Made by a program: the position numbers and the translations under genes
Shown: in pieces, positions 41,416-51,721 of the stretch
How positions within the stretch are numbered: position 1 is the first letter of the stretch
Layout of the letters: each line of letters starts with the position of its first letter
Assembly: GCA_020724865.1 (NCBI GenBank)
Contig: DYGA01000001.1
Coordinates: forward strand, 89,438 to 153,437
Length of the DNA: 64,000 nucleotides
Direction: 5' to 3'
From: Candidatus Paceibacter sp.
GTDB taxonomy: Bacteria; Patescibacteriota; Patescibacteriia; S139-126
The notes under the pieces: model-generated
What the model was told of the DNA's origin: nothing
The model's database searches: none
Seen by the model: the letters and a program-made list of their open reading frames with translations, nothing else

Positions 41416-43239
41416 ATGAAATCATTGAGCAAAAATTTTTTATTAATTTTTATAGTTTTTTTTGCTTTAGCCGCTTTATTTAGTTTTATTTACAACCCTA
41501 ATCAAAAAATAGATGTTGTGGGCATTAATCAACTTATTACCTATGTCAACAATGAAGAAATAAATAAAATTGAGGTTGAAGGCAATACCATTATGGTAAG
41601 TTTAAAAAATGGCGAAATAAAAAAAATTACCAAAGAAAATACTGAATCTTTTTCTGATATAGTTGCCAATTATCAAATTGATAAAAATAAATTAAATAAT
41701 ATTGATATTATTATCAAAGAAGATCCTTCAAAATCAATTTTTCTGGGAACAATTTTGCCATTTTTAATTCCGTTCATTTTAATTGCTGGCTTTATTTGGT
41801 TTATGATGCGACAAGTGCAAGGTGCTAACAACCGCGCTATGTCCTTTGGTCAAGCTATGGCCAAAGATGTTGGTCAACAAAAAATGAAAAAGAAAATAAC
41901 TTTTATGGATGTAGCTGGGGCCAAAGAAGCTAAAGAAGAACTTGAAGAAATAGTTGAATTTTTAAAAAATCCCAAAAAATTTATTTCCTTGGGGGCAAAA
42001 ATTCCAAAAGGTGTTTTATTGATGGGCAGTCCGGGAACTGGAAAAACTTTATTAGCCAGAGCAGTGGCGGGTGAAGCTAATGTTCCGTTTTTCCATATTT
42101 CGGGCAGTGAATTTGTGGAGATGTTTGTAGGAGTTGGTGCAAGTCGAGTTAGAGACCTATTTAATAAGGCCAAGAAAAATTCCCCCTGTATTGTATTTAT
42201 TGATGAAATTGATGCGGTTGGTAGACAACGAGGCGCCGGTTTGGGCGGATCACATGACGAAAGGGAACAAACTTTAAATCAGATTTTAGTAGAAATGGAT
42301 GGTTTTGACAATGAAACTAATATTATTGTCATGGCCGCTACTAATCGTCCTGATGTGCTTGATCCAGCCCTACTCCGACCGGGCAGATTTGACCGTCGAG
42401 TAGTTATTGACTTGCCTGATATAAATGATCGTGAAGCCATACTAAAAATTCACGCTCGCAATAAACCTTTAGCTGAAGATGTTTCACTGCGCAATGTTGC
42501 TGAAAGAACGGCTGGATTTTCTGGAGCTGACTTAGAAAATTTACTTAATGAAGCGGCAATTCTTACCGCTAGACAAAATAAACGCAAAATAGGAAAAGAG
42601 GAAATTTATTCAAGTATTGAAAAAGTAATTTTAGGTCCGGAAAGAAAATCAGCTGTCATTTCGGAAAAAGAGAAAAAAATCACCGCTTATCATGAAGCTG
42701 GCCACGCCTTGGTTGGACATATGCTTATTCATACAGATCCGGTACAAAAAATTTCTATTATTTCACGAGGGCGAGCTGGTGGTTATACTTTAGCTACCCC
42801 AAAAGAAGATAAACGCTTATATAGCAAATCAGAAATGCTTGACCGGCTGACTATGATTATGGGGGGTTACGCTGCAGAAATGATTGTATTTGGTGAAGTT
42901 ACTACTGGACCAAGCAATGATTTACAAAAAGCAACCTCTCTGGCTAAAGCAATCGTGACTGAATATGGTATGGATGAAAAATTGGGTCCAAGAACTTTTG
43001 GTCAAAAAGAAGAAATGATTTTTTTGGGTAAAGAAATTCATGAAAGACGTGATTATTCAGAAAGAACTTCACAAATGATAGATGAACAAATTACCAGTAT
43101 AATCAAAAGTGCTTATCATCAAGCCGTAGAAATAATAAATAAACATAAAAATAAGCTGGAACAAATTGTTGAGGTTTTGCTTGCTAAAGAAACTATAGAA
43201 AGAGAAGAATTTACAGAAATAATGTCAGAAAAAGTATAA
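41416..43239 (+). CDS. ftsH: ATP-dependent zinc metalloprotease FtsH
   Basis: Two TM segments, [42 protein letters not shown]. Confidence 0.98.
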   Translation: MKSLSKNFLLIFIVFFALAALFSFIYNPNQKIDVVGINQLITYVNNEEINKIEVEGNTIMVSLKNGEIKKITKENTESFSDIVANYQIDKNKLNNIDIIIKEDPSKSIFLGTILPFLIPFILIAGFIWFMMRQVQGANNRAMSFGQAMAKDVGQQKMKKKITFMDVAGAKEAKEELEEIVEFLKNPKKFISLGAKIPKGVLLMGSPGTGKTLLARAVAGEANVPFFHISGSEFVEMFVGVGASRVRDLFNKAKKNSPCIVFIDEIDAVGRQRGAGLGGSHDEREQTLNQILVEMDGFDNETNIIVMAATNRPDVLDPALLRPGRFDRRVVIDLPDINDREAILKIHARNKPLAEDVSLRNVAERTAGFSGADLENLLNEAAILTARQNKRKIGKEEIYSSIEKVILGPERKSAVISEKEKKITAYHEAGHALVGHMLIHTDPVQKISIISRGRAGGYTLATPKEDKRLYSKSEMLDRLTMIMGGYAAEMIVFGEVTTGPSNDLQKATSLAKAIVTEYGMDEKLGPRTFGQKEEMIFLGKEIHERRDYSERTSQMIDEQITSIIKSAYHQAVEIINKHKNKLEQIVEVLLAKETIEREEFTEIMSEKV

Positions 43240-43252
43240 AAATAAAAATATC

Positions 43253-43281
43253 AAATCCGCCCATCTATTGGGCGGATTTTT
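43253..43281 (+). terminator. ftsH terminator
   Basis: AAATCCGCCCA...TGGGCGGATTTT. Confidence 0.75.
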
Positions 43282-43336
43282 ATTTTGTGTTATAATAATA
43301 TAAATAAACTTACTATTTATAAATAATTAAAACTAT

Positions 43337-44332
43337 ATGGAACCGCTCTATCGTACCATAATCAAAAAAGCATGGGGGCAAATAAAAACCCATAAATGGC
43401 TTTGGCTATTTGGACTTTTTACTGCACTGCTAGGTAATGGCGGTGAAATTGATATTTTGTTTCAAAATAACAAATTGACCGATGCGCCAATTTTTCTCAA
43501 TAACCTAAAAGAAAATTTTGCCGCCCTTGATCTTAATGCAATTAAAGATGGTATTTTTAATGCCCTGGCCACTGCGCCCATGATAACTATTTTATCAGTG
43601 GCTTTGATACTTATTTTTACTTTATTGTTAATCTGGTTAATAACCGTCTCTCAAGGCGCTCTAATTGCCAGCGCTAGCAAATTAGATGAAGATAAAAAAA
43701 TTAATTTTAAAGAAGCTCTAAATAAAGGTATTGAAAAATTTTGGTCTATTTTAGGATTAAACATAGCTACCCGTTTTATCTTATATTTTACCTTGATAAT
43801 TTTATCCATACCTTTTGCTATGCTTTACATGTTTAACAGTTCCAATACTGCTATTACTTTTATAACTATTCTGGCTTTCTTTATATTGATTCCAATTGCA
43901 ATAATTCTTTCCTTTGTACTGAAATATGCTTTTGCTTATGTGGTTATAAAAAACCAATCCGCCGTAAGCGCTTTTATTCTGGCCTGGCGCTTATTTTTAG
44001 CCAATTGGTTAATAAGTATTGAGATGGCCATTATATTATTTTTAATAAATTTTGTTGTGGGTATATTATTGGTTATAGCTATAGTAGTTTTAGCTCTACC
44101 TTTTTTGGGTTTGATGATCCTGATGATATTGGTACAAAATGCTGTTGGTTTAAATGTTTCTTTAGGATTGGGACTTTTAATTACTTTAGTTTTATTATTA
44201 TTTACTGGTTCGGGATTAGCAGCCTTCCAATACTCAGCCTGGACAATACTGTTTCAAAAATTACTGGCTGGTAAAAACTTTCCTAAACTCATAAGACTTA
44301 CTGCTGGTAAAGAAAAAAATATAAATAAATAA
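43337..44332 (+). CDS. Multi-pass membrane protein of unknown function
   Basis: WLWLFGLF N-terminus and 6 or more long hydrophobic helices. Confidence 0.8.
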   Translation: MEPLYRTIIKKAWGQIKTHKWLWLFGLFTALLGNGGEIDILFQNNKLTDAPIFLNNLKENFAALDLNAIKDGIFNALATAPMITILSVALILIFTLLLIWLITVSQGALIASASKLDEDKKINFKEALNKGIEKFWSILGLNIATRFILYFTLIILSIPFAMLYMFNSSNTAITFITILAFFILIPIAIILSFVLKYAFAYVVIKNQSAVSAFILAWRLFLANWLISIEMAIILFLINFVVGILLVIAIVVLALPFLGLMILMILVQNAVGLNVSLGLGLLITLVLLLFTGSGLAAFQYSAWTILFQKLLAGKNFPKLIRLTAGKEKNINK

Positions 44333-44352
44333 TTTTTTGGTTGTAAAAATAA

Positions 44353-46059
44353 ATGAGTAAACAGAATCCCTCAATCGAGGATTTGCTTATCAACAATGAA
44401 GCTACTGAAGACCCGCAAGACATATTGGAAGAAAAAATTTCTAATATTAAATTTAAAGATAAGGAAAAAGAAACTGCCCAAATTGCAGCCAGTCTAGGCA
44501 TGCCTTATATTAATTTATATGGTTTTGCTATTAGTCCTGAAGCTCTAGCATTACTGCCAGAAAACATAGCCGCTGAAAATAAACTGGTTTGTTTTTTTAA
44601 TAATGATCGCAAACTAAGATTTGCCACTACAAATCCAAATAATCCAAAACTTGATGAGTTGATTAAAAAAATCACTGAGGAGCAGTCGGGGAGTAGCGAA
44701 TTATATTTAATCTCGGATAAATCGTTTGATTTTGCTTTCTCTTTATATAAAAAACTTCCCAAAATTAAAAATATAAAAAGTGGAGTAGAAATTGAAGAAG
44801 ATGATTTATTAAAATGGGAATCAGAAATACAGAATTTTACCAATCTACAAAAAACTATACTTAGAGCAAACCTAACTGAAATAGTTACTATTATCATAGC
44901 TAGCTCGCTAAAAACCAATGCATCGGATATTCATATTGAAGCTGAAGAAAAAGAAGTTAAAATAAGGTTTCGTATTGATGGAATTCTTCATACAGTTGCA
45001 TCATTGCCTAGTAATTTGTGGCGACAAATTATTTCTCGTATCAAATTATTGGCCAAAATTAAAATCAATATTGATTCAATTCCGCAAGACGGTCGTTTTA
45101 CTATCTATTTAACCAACGATAAAATAGATGTTAGAGTTTCAACTGTGCCAACGGCTTATGGTGAATCAGTGGTTATGCGCTTACTCCGCTCTTCATCGGT
45201 TGGACTAAAATTTGAAGATCTAGGATTGCGTGACGAAGCTTTTAAATTATTGGAACAAGAAATCAAAAAACCTAATGGCATGATTATTACCACCGGGCCA
45301 ACTGGCAGTGGTAAAACAACCACCCTTTATGCAATCTTGAATAAATTAAACAATGAAGAAACAAAAATTATTACTTTGGAAGATCCTATCGAATATAAAC
45401 TAAATGGCATTAATCAATCACAAATTAACCATAGTAAAGGTTATACTTTTGCCAAAGGATTAAGATCAATTTTAAGACAAGATCCTGATGTTGTTATGGT
45501 TGGTGAAATAAGAGACGAAGAAACCGCCGAAATAGCGGTGAACGCTGCCTTAACTGGACATTTGGTTATTTCTACCTTGCATACCAATTCGGCAGCAGGA
45601 AGTATTCCAAGATTTCTGGCTATGAATGTTCAACCGTTTTTATTGGCTCCAGCTTTAAATGCTATTATTGGTCAACGTTTAGTCAGAAAACTTTGCCAGC
45701 ATTGCAAGCAACCAGCTAAACTAGATGAATCAACCATGAATAAAGTTTCAAAGCTATTGGCCAGTTTGCCAAAAAAATATTTAGAACAACAAAATTTAAA
45801 CCTATCAAAACTAGTTTTTTTTGAAGCTCCTGGTTGTAATTATTGTCATGGATTGGGGTACAAGGGCAGAATCGGTATTTATGAAATTATGGTTATGAAT
45901 GAAACAATTGAAAAATTAATTTTATCTGGCCAAGCTACAGAATATAAATTACAAGAAATTGCCACGCAGGCCGGTATGATAACAATGGTGCAAGACGGAA
46001 TTTTAAAAGCTTTGGATGGTATTACCAGTTTAGATGAAGTTTTTAAAAAAGCCGAATAA
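44353..46059 (+). CDS. pilB: Type IV pilus assembly ATPase (PilB/GspE family)
   Basis: ASDIHIE, RFRIDG, PQDGRF, GPTGSGKTT, LRQDPD, CQHC...CNYC Zn motif. Confidence 0.9.
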   Translation: MSKQNPSIEDLLINNEATEDPQDILEEKISNIKFKDKEKETAQIAASLGMPYINLYGFAISPEALALLPENIAAENKLVCFFNNDRKLRFATTNPNNPKLDELIKKITEEQSGSSELYLISDKSFDFAFSLYKKLPKIKNIKSGVEIEEDDLLKWESEIQNFTNLQKTILRANLTEIVTIIIASSLKTNASDIHIEAEEKEVKIRFRIDGILHTVASLPSNLWRQIISRIKLLAKIKINIDSIPQDGRFTIYLTNDKIDVRVSTVPTAYGESVVMRLLRSSSVGLKFEDLGLRDEAFKLLEQEIKKPNGMIITTGPTGSGKTTTLYAILNKLNNEETKIITLEDPIEYKLNGINQSQINHSKGYTFAKGLRSILRQDPDVVMVGEIRDEETAEIAVNAALTGHLVISTLHTNSAAGSIPRFLAMNVQPFLLAPALNAIIGQRLVRKLCQHCKQPAKLDESTMNKVSKLLASLPKKYLEQQNLNLSKLVFFEAPGCNYCHGLGYKGRIGIYEIMVMNETIEKLILSGQATEYKLQEIATQAGMITMVQDGILKALDGITSLDEVFKKAE

Positions 46060-46088
46060 ATAAAAATATTAAAAAATATTATAAAATA

Positions 46089-46115
46089 AAAAACCTTGGA
46101 TACCAAGGTTTTTTT
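46089..46115. terminator. Bidirectional terminator
   Basis: AAAAACCTTGG-ATA-CCAAGGTTTTT between convergent genes. Confidence 0.75.
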
Positions 46116-46638
46116 ATCTTTGTTCTTGCCAATGTTTAATCTGTGCTGGGGTAGCATTATAATAACGGTAATAAATGTTATTACTCATCCGACTTATTTC
46201 ATACAAACGATAAGGGTTGCACCAGCCCATGGTTAAGGCAAATTCTAAAACAAATAATTCATCAAATAATTCTTGTAAGCCAGAAAAAGACAATATGTAT
46301 TTATCTGTGCGAATTGCGCCGGCCAATAAATTTTTCTCCGGATCTCTAAACTGCCAACTAGAAAAATATTGAAAATTTTTCTGATATAGTTTATGTAACT
46401 TTTCACTTTTTTCTAAAGATAATTGTAAATATTTTTCATGGTTTTCTTTAGATACTTTGCCCAACATAATGGCAAAGATTATTTGTCCAGTAGAAACATC
46501 TCGCAAGGAAAAATAACCTGATTGTCTTGATTGGTCAGTATTTTTAGGATGGGTTAAACAATAATGCATGGCTTGATCAAGAGCCTGAAAAATTTTAAAA
46601 AATTTTTCTTGTGGCAAAGGCAAGTTATTATAAAACAT
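46114..46638 (-). CDS. Hypothetical protein (possibly remote GlcG/HbpS-like fold)
   Basis: 174 aa with its own promoter TTGACA-N17-TAGGAT (46681-46709); GAIR...LSFSGL...DE pattern. Fold assignment is weak. Confidence 0.6.
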   Translation of the reverse strand: MFYNNLPLPQEKFFKIFQALDQAMHYCLTHPKNTDQSRQSGYFSLRDVSTGQIIFAIMLGKVSKENHEKYLQLSLEKSEKLHKLYQKNFQYFSSWQFRDPEKNLLAGAIRTDKYILSFSGLQELFDELFVLEFALTMGWCNPYRLYEISRMSNNIYYRYYNATPAQIKHWQEQR

Positions 46639-46884
46639 TTTTTACTCCTGATTATTTTTATTTTTTAAAGAAACTAAACAATCCTATTACATAAACTTTT
46701 ATTTGTCAATATAATAAAAACTCGCCTTTAGCGAGTTTTATTTTAACAACTAAAAAGTGAGAGAAACATTAAGTAAAAATAGTATATAACTTCATAATAT
46801 ATGAAGACCGACCTTCTACGCTAACAAATATTTATTAACATCGAAATGTTATAAAAATTTATTAGCTCCTAGGTATATCTCCCT

Positions 46885-48372
<1,488 letters not shown>

Positions 48373-48631
48373 TGAGAATTGATTGATCTCAAAATATGAG
48401 ATCTGACTCTCAAAAGAAATGACTTAATGTTTCTCTACACTTTTTAGTTGTCAAAATGCATTTTCTAATCTGTGATTTAAGACTAGAAAAAACAGAGACA
48501 CTTAAAATTGTTTAAGTATCACTGTTTTTTCTCGTCCTGATTTGGACAATACAATATCAAATTTTAAAATTTACTATGCTTGGGGAATTAACTTAATTGT
48601 TAGCGAAAATATCTAAAATAATCGCTTTATA

Positions 48632-48660
48632 ATAATAATTAAATAAAAAAAACTTGTCAA
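48632..48660 (-). promoter_or_regulatory. 16S rRNA promoter
   Basis: TTGACA-N17-TATTAT. Confidence 0.6.
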
Positions 48661-48709
48661 GCCCACCAAAAACAGAATTTTTTTATAAAAAAACTTACAT
48701 AAATTAATA

Positions 48710-49366
48710 TTACCTTTTTTTGGCCTTTTTTTGACGCCAATTTTTAATATCCTGATGGTTACCAGAAAGTAAAATTTTAGGTACACTCAACTTTTGTCCT
48801 TTTATGACAACTGTTTCGGGACGAGTATACTGCGGATACTCAACATAATTTAAATCTTTACTATAAGTTTCATCTATAATTGAAGCTCGATCTCCTAAAA
48901 CGCCTGGCTTTAATCTGGCTATAGACTCTACCAAAATCAAAGCTGGCAATTCTCCACCCGATAAAACATAAGGTCCAACCGAAATTTTTTCATCAACAAA
49001 TTTATCCAAACGCGCATCAAAACCTTCGTATCGTCCCGCTAATAAAATCAGCTGTTTATACTTTGACAGTCTTTCGGCATCGCGTTGTGTATATTGCTTA
49101 CCACCAGGAGTGAGCATAATAATTCTTGTCTGTTTTGATTTACGAATTTTTTGCAATGTTTTATATATTGGTAAAAATTTTAAAATCATTCCTGGACCGC
49201 CACCGTAAGGTCTATCATCAACAGTTCTATGCTTATCTTGAGTGTTTACTCTGGGATTATGAACGTTTATTTGAATAATTTTTTTTTGTCGGGCGCGCTT
49301 TAAAATTGACTCGTTTATATAAGTTGTTATTATTTCAGGAAAAATTGTAATAATGTCAAATCGCAT
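48710..49366 (-). CDS. trmD: tRNA (guanine-N1)-methyltransferase
   Basis: MRFDIITIFPE, VDDRPYGGGPGM, GRYEGFDAR, SVGPYVLSGGE, YPQYTRP; start moved to 49366. Confidence 0.97.
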   Translation of the reverse strand: MRFDIITIFPEIITTYINESILKRARQKKIIQINVHNPRVNTQDKHRTVDDRPYGGGPGMILKFLPIYKTLQKIRKSKQTRIIMLTPGGKQYTQRDAERLSKYKQLILLAGRYEGFDARLDKFVDEKISVGPYVLSGGELPALILVESIARLKPGVLGDRASIIDETYSKDLNYVEYPQYTRPETVVIKGQKLSVPKILLSGNHQDIKNWRQKKAKKR

Positions 49367-49448
49367 AATAATATGATAACGAGAAAAAATATCTTTGCCA
49401 AACAAATTCCCCCAGTTTTAACTGGGGGAGATTTGCATTGAAATTAAA

Positions 49449-49787
49449 TTAAAGCTGTAAATCAACGGCTGAGGTGTCAGCTTCAGCAGTTTCTCTTTCC
49501 TGCTTATCCTGCCGACGAGACGGACGTTGAGCGCCTTCTGGTTCGTAAATTTTTAAATTAACTCGGGCGTTATTTTTTGCTCCAACTACACGTAATAGTG
49601 TGCGGATGGCACGAACGGTTTGACCGCTGCGGCCAATAACTTGACCCATATCTTGTTGATTGATATGAAGAGTGATTAACACTCCCATTTCATCAATCTT
49701 ACGTTCGGTTTTCACATCTTCGGGATGATCAACCAACGCTTTGACGACCTGTTCGACAAAAGCTTGATCTTTTTCCATTTGTCTCAT
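49449..49787 (-). CDS. khpA: KH-domain RNA-binding protein KhpA
   Basis: VKALVDHPEDV, DMGQVIGRSGQTVRAIRTLL. Confidence 0.92.
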   Translation of the reverse strand: MRQMEKDQAFVEQVVKALVDHPEDVKTERKIDEMGVLITLHINQQDMGQVIGRSGQTVRAIRTLLRVVGAKNNARVNLKIYEPEGAQRPSRRQDKQERETAEADTSAVDLQL

Positions 49788-49942
49788 ATTTAATTCTTAA
49801 ATTGCTCCCTGTCACAAATGCCTGTTGGCAGCCGACATTTTACTACCATTAGCTTGTGTATCAGGCGCGTATATGTATTATACAAAAAAAATATTATTTG
49901 TCAATAAAAACAATTACTATTATAATATAATTAATAACACTT

Positions 49943-51109
49943 ATGATGGAGAGGGAAAACAATCTATCAACTACTAGTCTGCTAAACAATTACCTTTTAT
50001 TGGCAGTACGATCTCGTGCTTCTGATATTCACTTTGAACCTGATAAAAATTTATTACGTGTTCGTTTGCGTATTGACGGCAGATTAAAAGAAGTTGGTCG
50101 CGAACCAAAAGAAACCCATTCCCAAATAGTTGCTCGGATCAAGGTTTTAGGAGAGGTAGATATGGGTGAAAAAAAACACAATATTGACGGTCGCTTTCCG
50201 ATTAAACTAGCGGGTGAAAGCCTAGATATCCGCTTTTCTATTTTTCCTACTATTTTTGGTGAAGCGGTTGTACTGCGCATACTTCACACTTCTCATATAG
50301 AATTGGGGCTAGAACCTTTGGGTATGAATAATGCTCAATTAGAAGCTTATAAAAAATTAATAAAAAAACCTTATGGTTTACTATTAGTAACAGGTCCTAA
50401 TGGTAGTGGAAAAACCACCACGCTTTACAGTTCTTTAAACGCCATCAATTCTATTGAAAAATCAATTGTTACTCTGGAAGATCCGGTTGAATATCAACTA
50501 CCTCTACTCCGACAAACTCAAATTGATCCTGATAAGGAAATAACTTTTGCTTCTGGTTTAAAAGCTCTACTTAGACAAGATCCGGATGTGATCATGGTAG
50601 GTGAAATTAGAGATTTAGAAACTGCCAAAATTGCTGTCCAATCTTCCCTAACTGGACACTTGGTATTTTCAACTTTACACACAAACAACAGCATTGGTGC
50701 ATTAGTCAGGCTTTTAAATATGGGTGTAGAATCTTTCTTGGTTGCTTATGCTACATTGGGGGTAGTTGCCCAACGTTTAGTCAAACAAATCTGTGATAAC
50801 TGCAAACAGGCCTATATGCCTCCACCAGAATTGCTTAAAACTTTAAATATTAGCTCTCCAACTGAGTTTTATAAAGGTACTGGTTGTCAAAATTGTGATC
50901 ATACTGGTTATCGCGGTCGGACGGCAATTTTTGAACTTTTAATTGTCACCGATGAAATTAGAAAATTAATTTTGAAAAAAGCTAACTTTGATGAAATTTT
51001 TGAACTTGCCAGAAACCAAGGTGTGAAAACTCTACGCGAGCACGGAGTGGAAAAAATTATTCAAGGCATTACCACTCCTGAAGAGGTAATGTTGGTAACC
51101 GAAGCCTAA
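49943..51109 (+). CDS. Short GspE/PulE/PilB-family ATPase lacking the N-terminal domain
   Basis: ASDIHFEP near the N-terminus, GPNGSGKTT, LRQDPD, CDNC...CQNC; 388 aa. Confidence 0.9.
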   Translation: MMERENNLSTTSLLNNYLLLAVRSRASDIHFEPDKNLLRVRLRIDGRLKEVGREPKETHSQIVARIKVLGEVDMGEKKHNIDGRFPIKLAGESLDIRFSIFPTIFGEAVVLRILHTSHIELGLEPLGMNNAQLEAYKKLIKKPYGLLLVTGPNGSGKTTTLYSSLNAINSIEKSIVTLEDPVEYQLPLLRQTQIDPDKEITFASGLKALLRQDPDVIMVGEIRDLETAKIAVQSSLTGHLVFSTLHTNNSIGALVRLLNMGVESFLVAYATLGVVAQRLVKQICDNCKQAYMPPPELLKTLNISSPTEFYKGTGCQNCDHTGYRGRTAIFELLIVTDEIRKLILKKANFDEIFELARNQGVKTLREHGVEKIIQGITTPEEVMLVTEA

Positions 51110-51122
51110 TAACTTTATTTCA

Positions 51123-51160
51123 AATAAAAATATGACTCAGATTTGAGTCATATTTTTATT
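51123..51160. terminator. Bidirectional terminator
   Basis: AATAAAAATATGACTCA-GATT-TGAGTCATATTTTTATT. Confidence 0.75.
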
Positions 51161-51161
51161 A

Positions 51162-51533
51162 TTATTTTTCAGTTGCTTCAGATTTTGCATCTTTCTGATC
51201 ATTTGCTGCTCCTCCTACCTCTTCTGACTTAGCTGTTGCTGGTTGTACAATGGGTTTATTCTTTATTCCTCTTGGTTTTATTTTTTTCTCATTCTCTAAA
51301 ATTTTTTGGTCAATCAAAATATTTTTAACTGTGTCAGAAACTTGAGCACCTTTACTTAACCAATATTTGATTCTTTCAACATTAAAATTGACAGTTGCGG
51401 GATTAGTGCGAGGGTTAAAATGACCAAGATATTCTAAAGCGTCTCCCCAAGGATCTTTGGTTTTTTCACTAATTACCAGACGATATTCTGGCTGTTTTTT
51501 CTTGCCTACTCTTGATAAACGAATAGTTAACAT
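51162..51533 (-). CDS. rpsP: 30S ribosomal protein S16
   Basis: MLTIRLSRVGKKKQPEYRLV, YWLSKGAQVSDTV; promoter TTGACA-N17-TATACT at 51591-51619. Confidence 0.97.
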   Translation of the reverse strand: MLTIRLSRVGKKKQPEYRLVISEKTKDPWGDALEYLGHFNPRTNPATVNFNVERIKYWLSKGAQVSDTVKNILIDQKILENEKKIKPRGIKNKPIVQPATAKSEEVGGAANDQKDAKSEATEK

Positions 51534-51634
51534 AAAATTTATAAATTAAATCGTCAAAATTTGAGAGCAGTTTGACGGTCAATGTTAAATAGTATAGACA
51601 GATGATTTTTGATTGTCAAGTATTACTATTAAAT

Positions 51635-51654
51635 GACTAATTTCTAATTACTAA
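51635..51654. repeat. 20-bp heptamer-based dispersed repeat, copy 2 (part of an inverted repeat reaching about 51690)
   Basis: Identical to 12819-12838; can pair with TAATTAGAAATT downstream. Confidence 0.7.
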
Positions 51655-51721
51655 TCAATTATTTTAATTAACTAATTAGAAATTCATTAGTTATTAATAA
51701 TTAATCATTAGTAATTGTATT

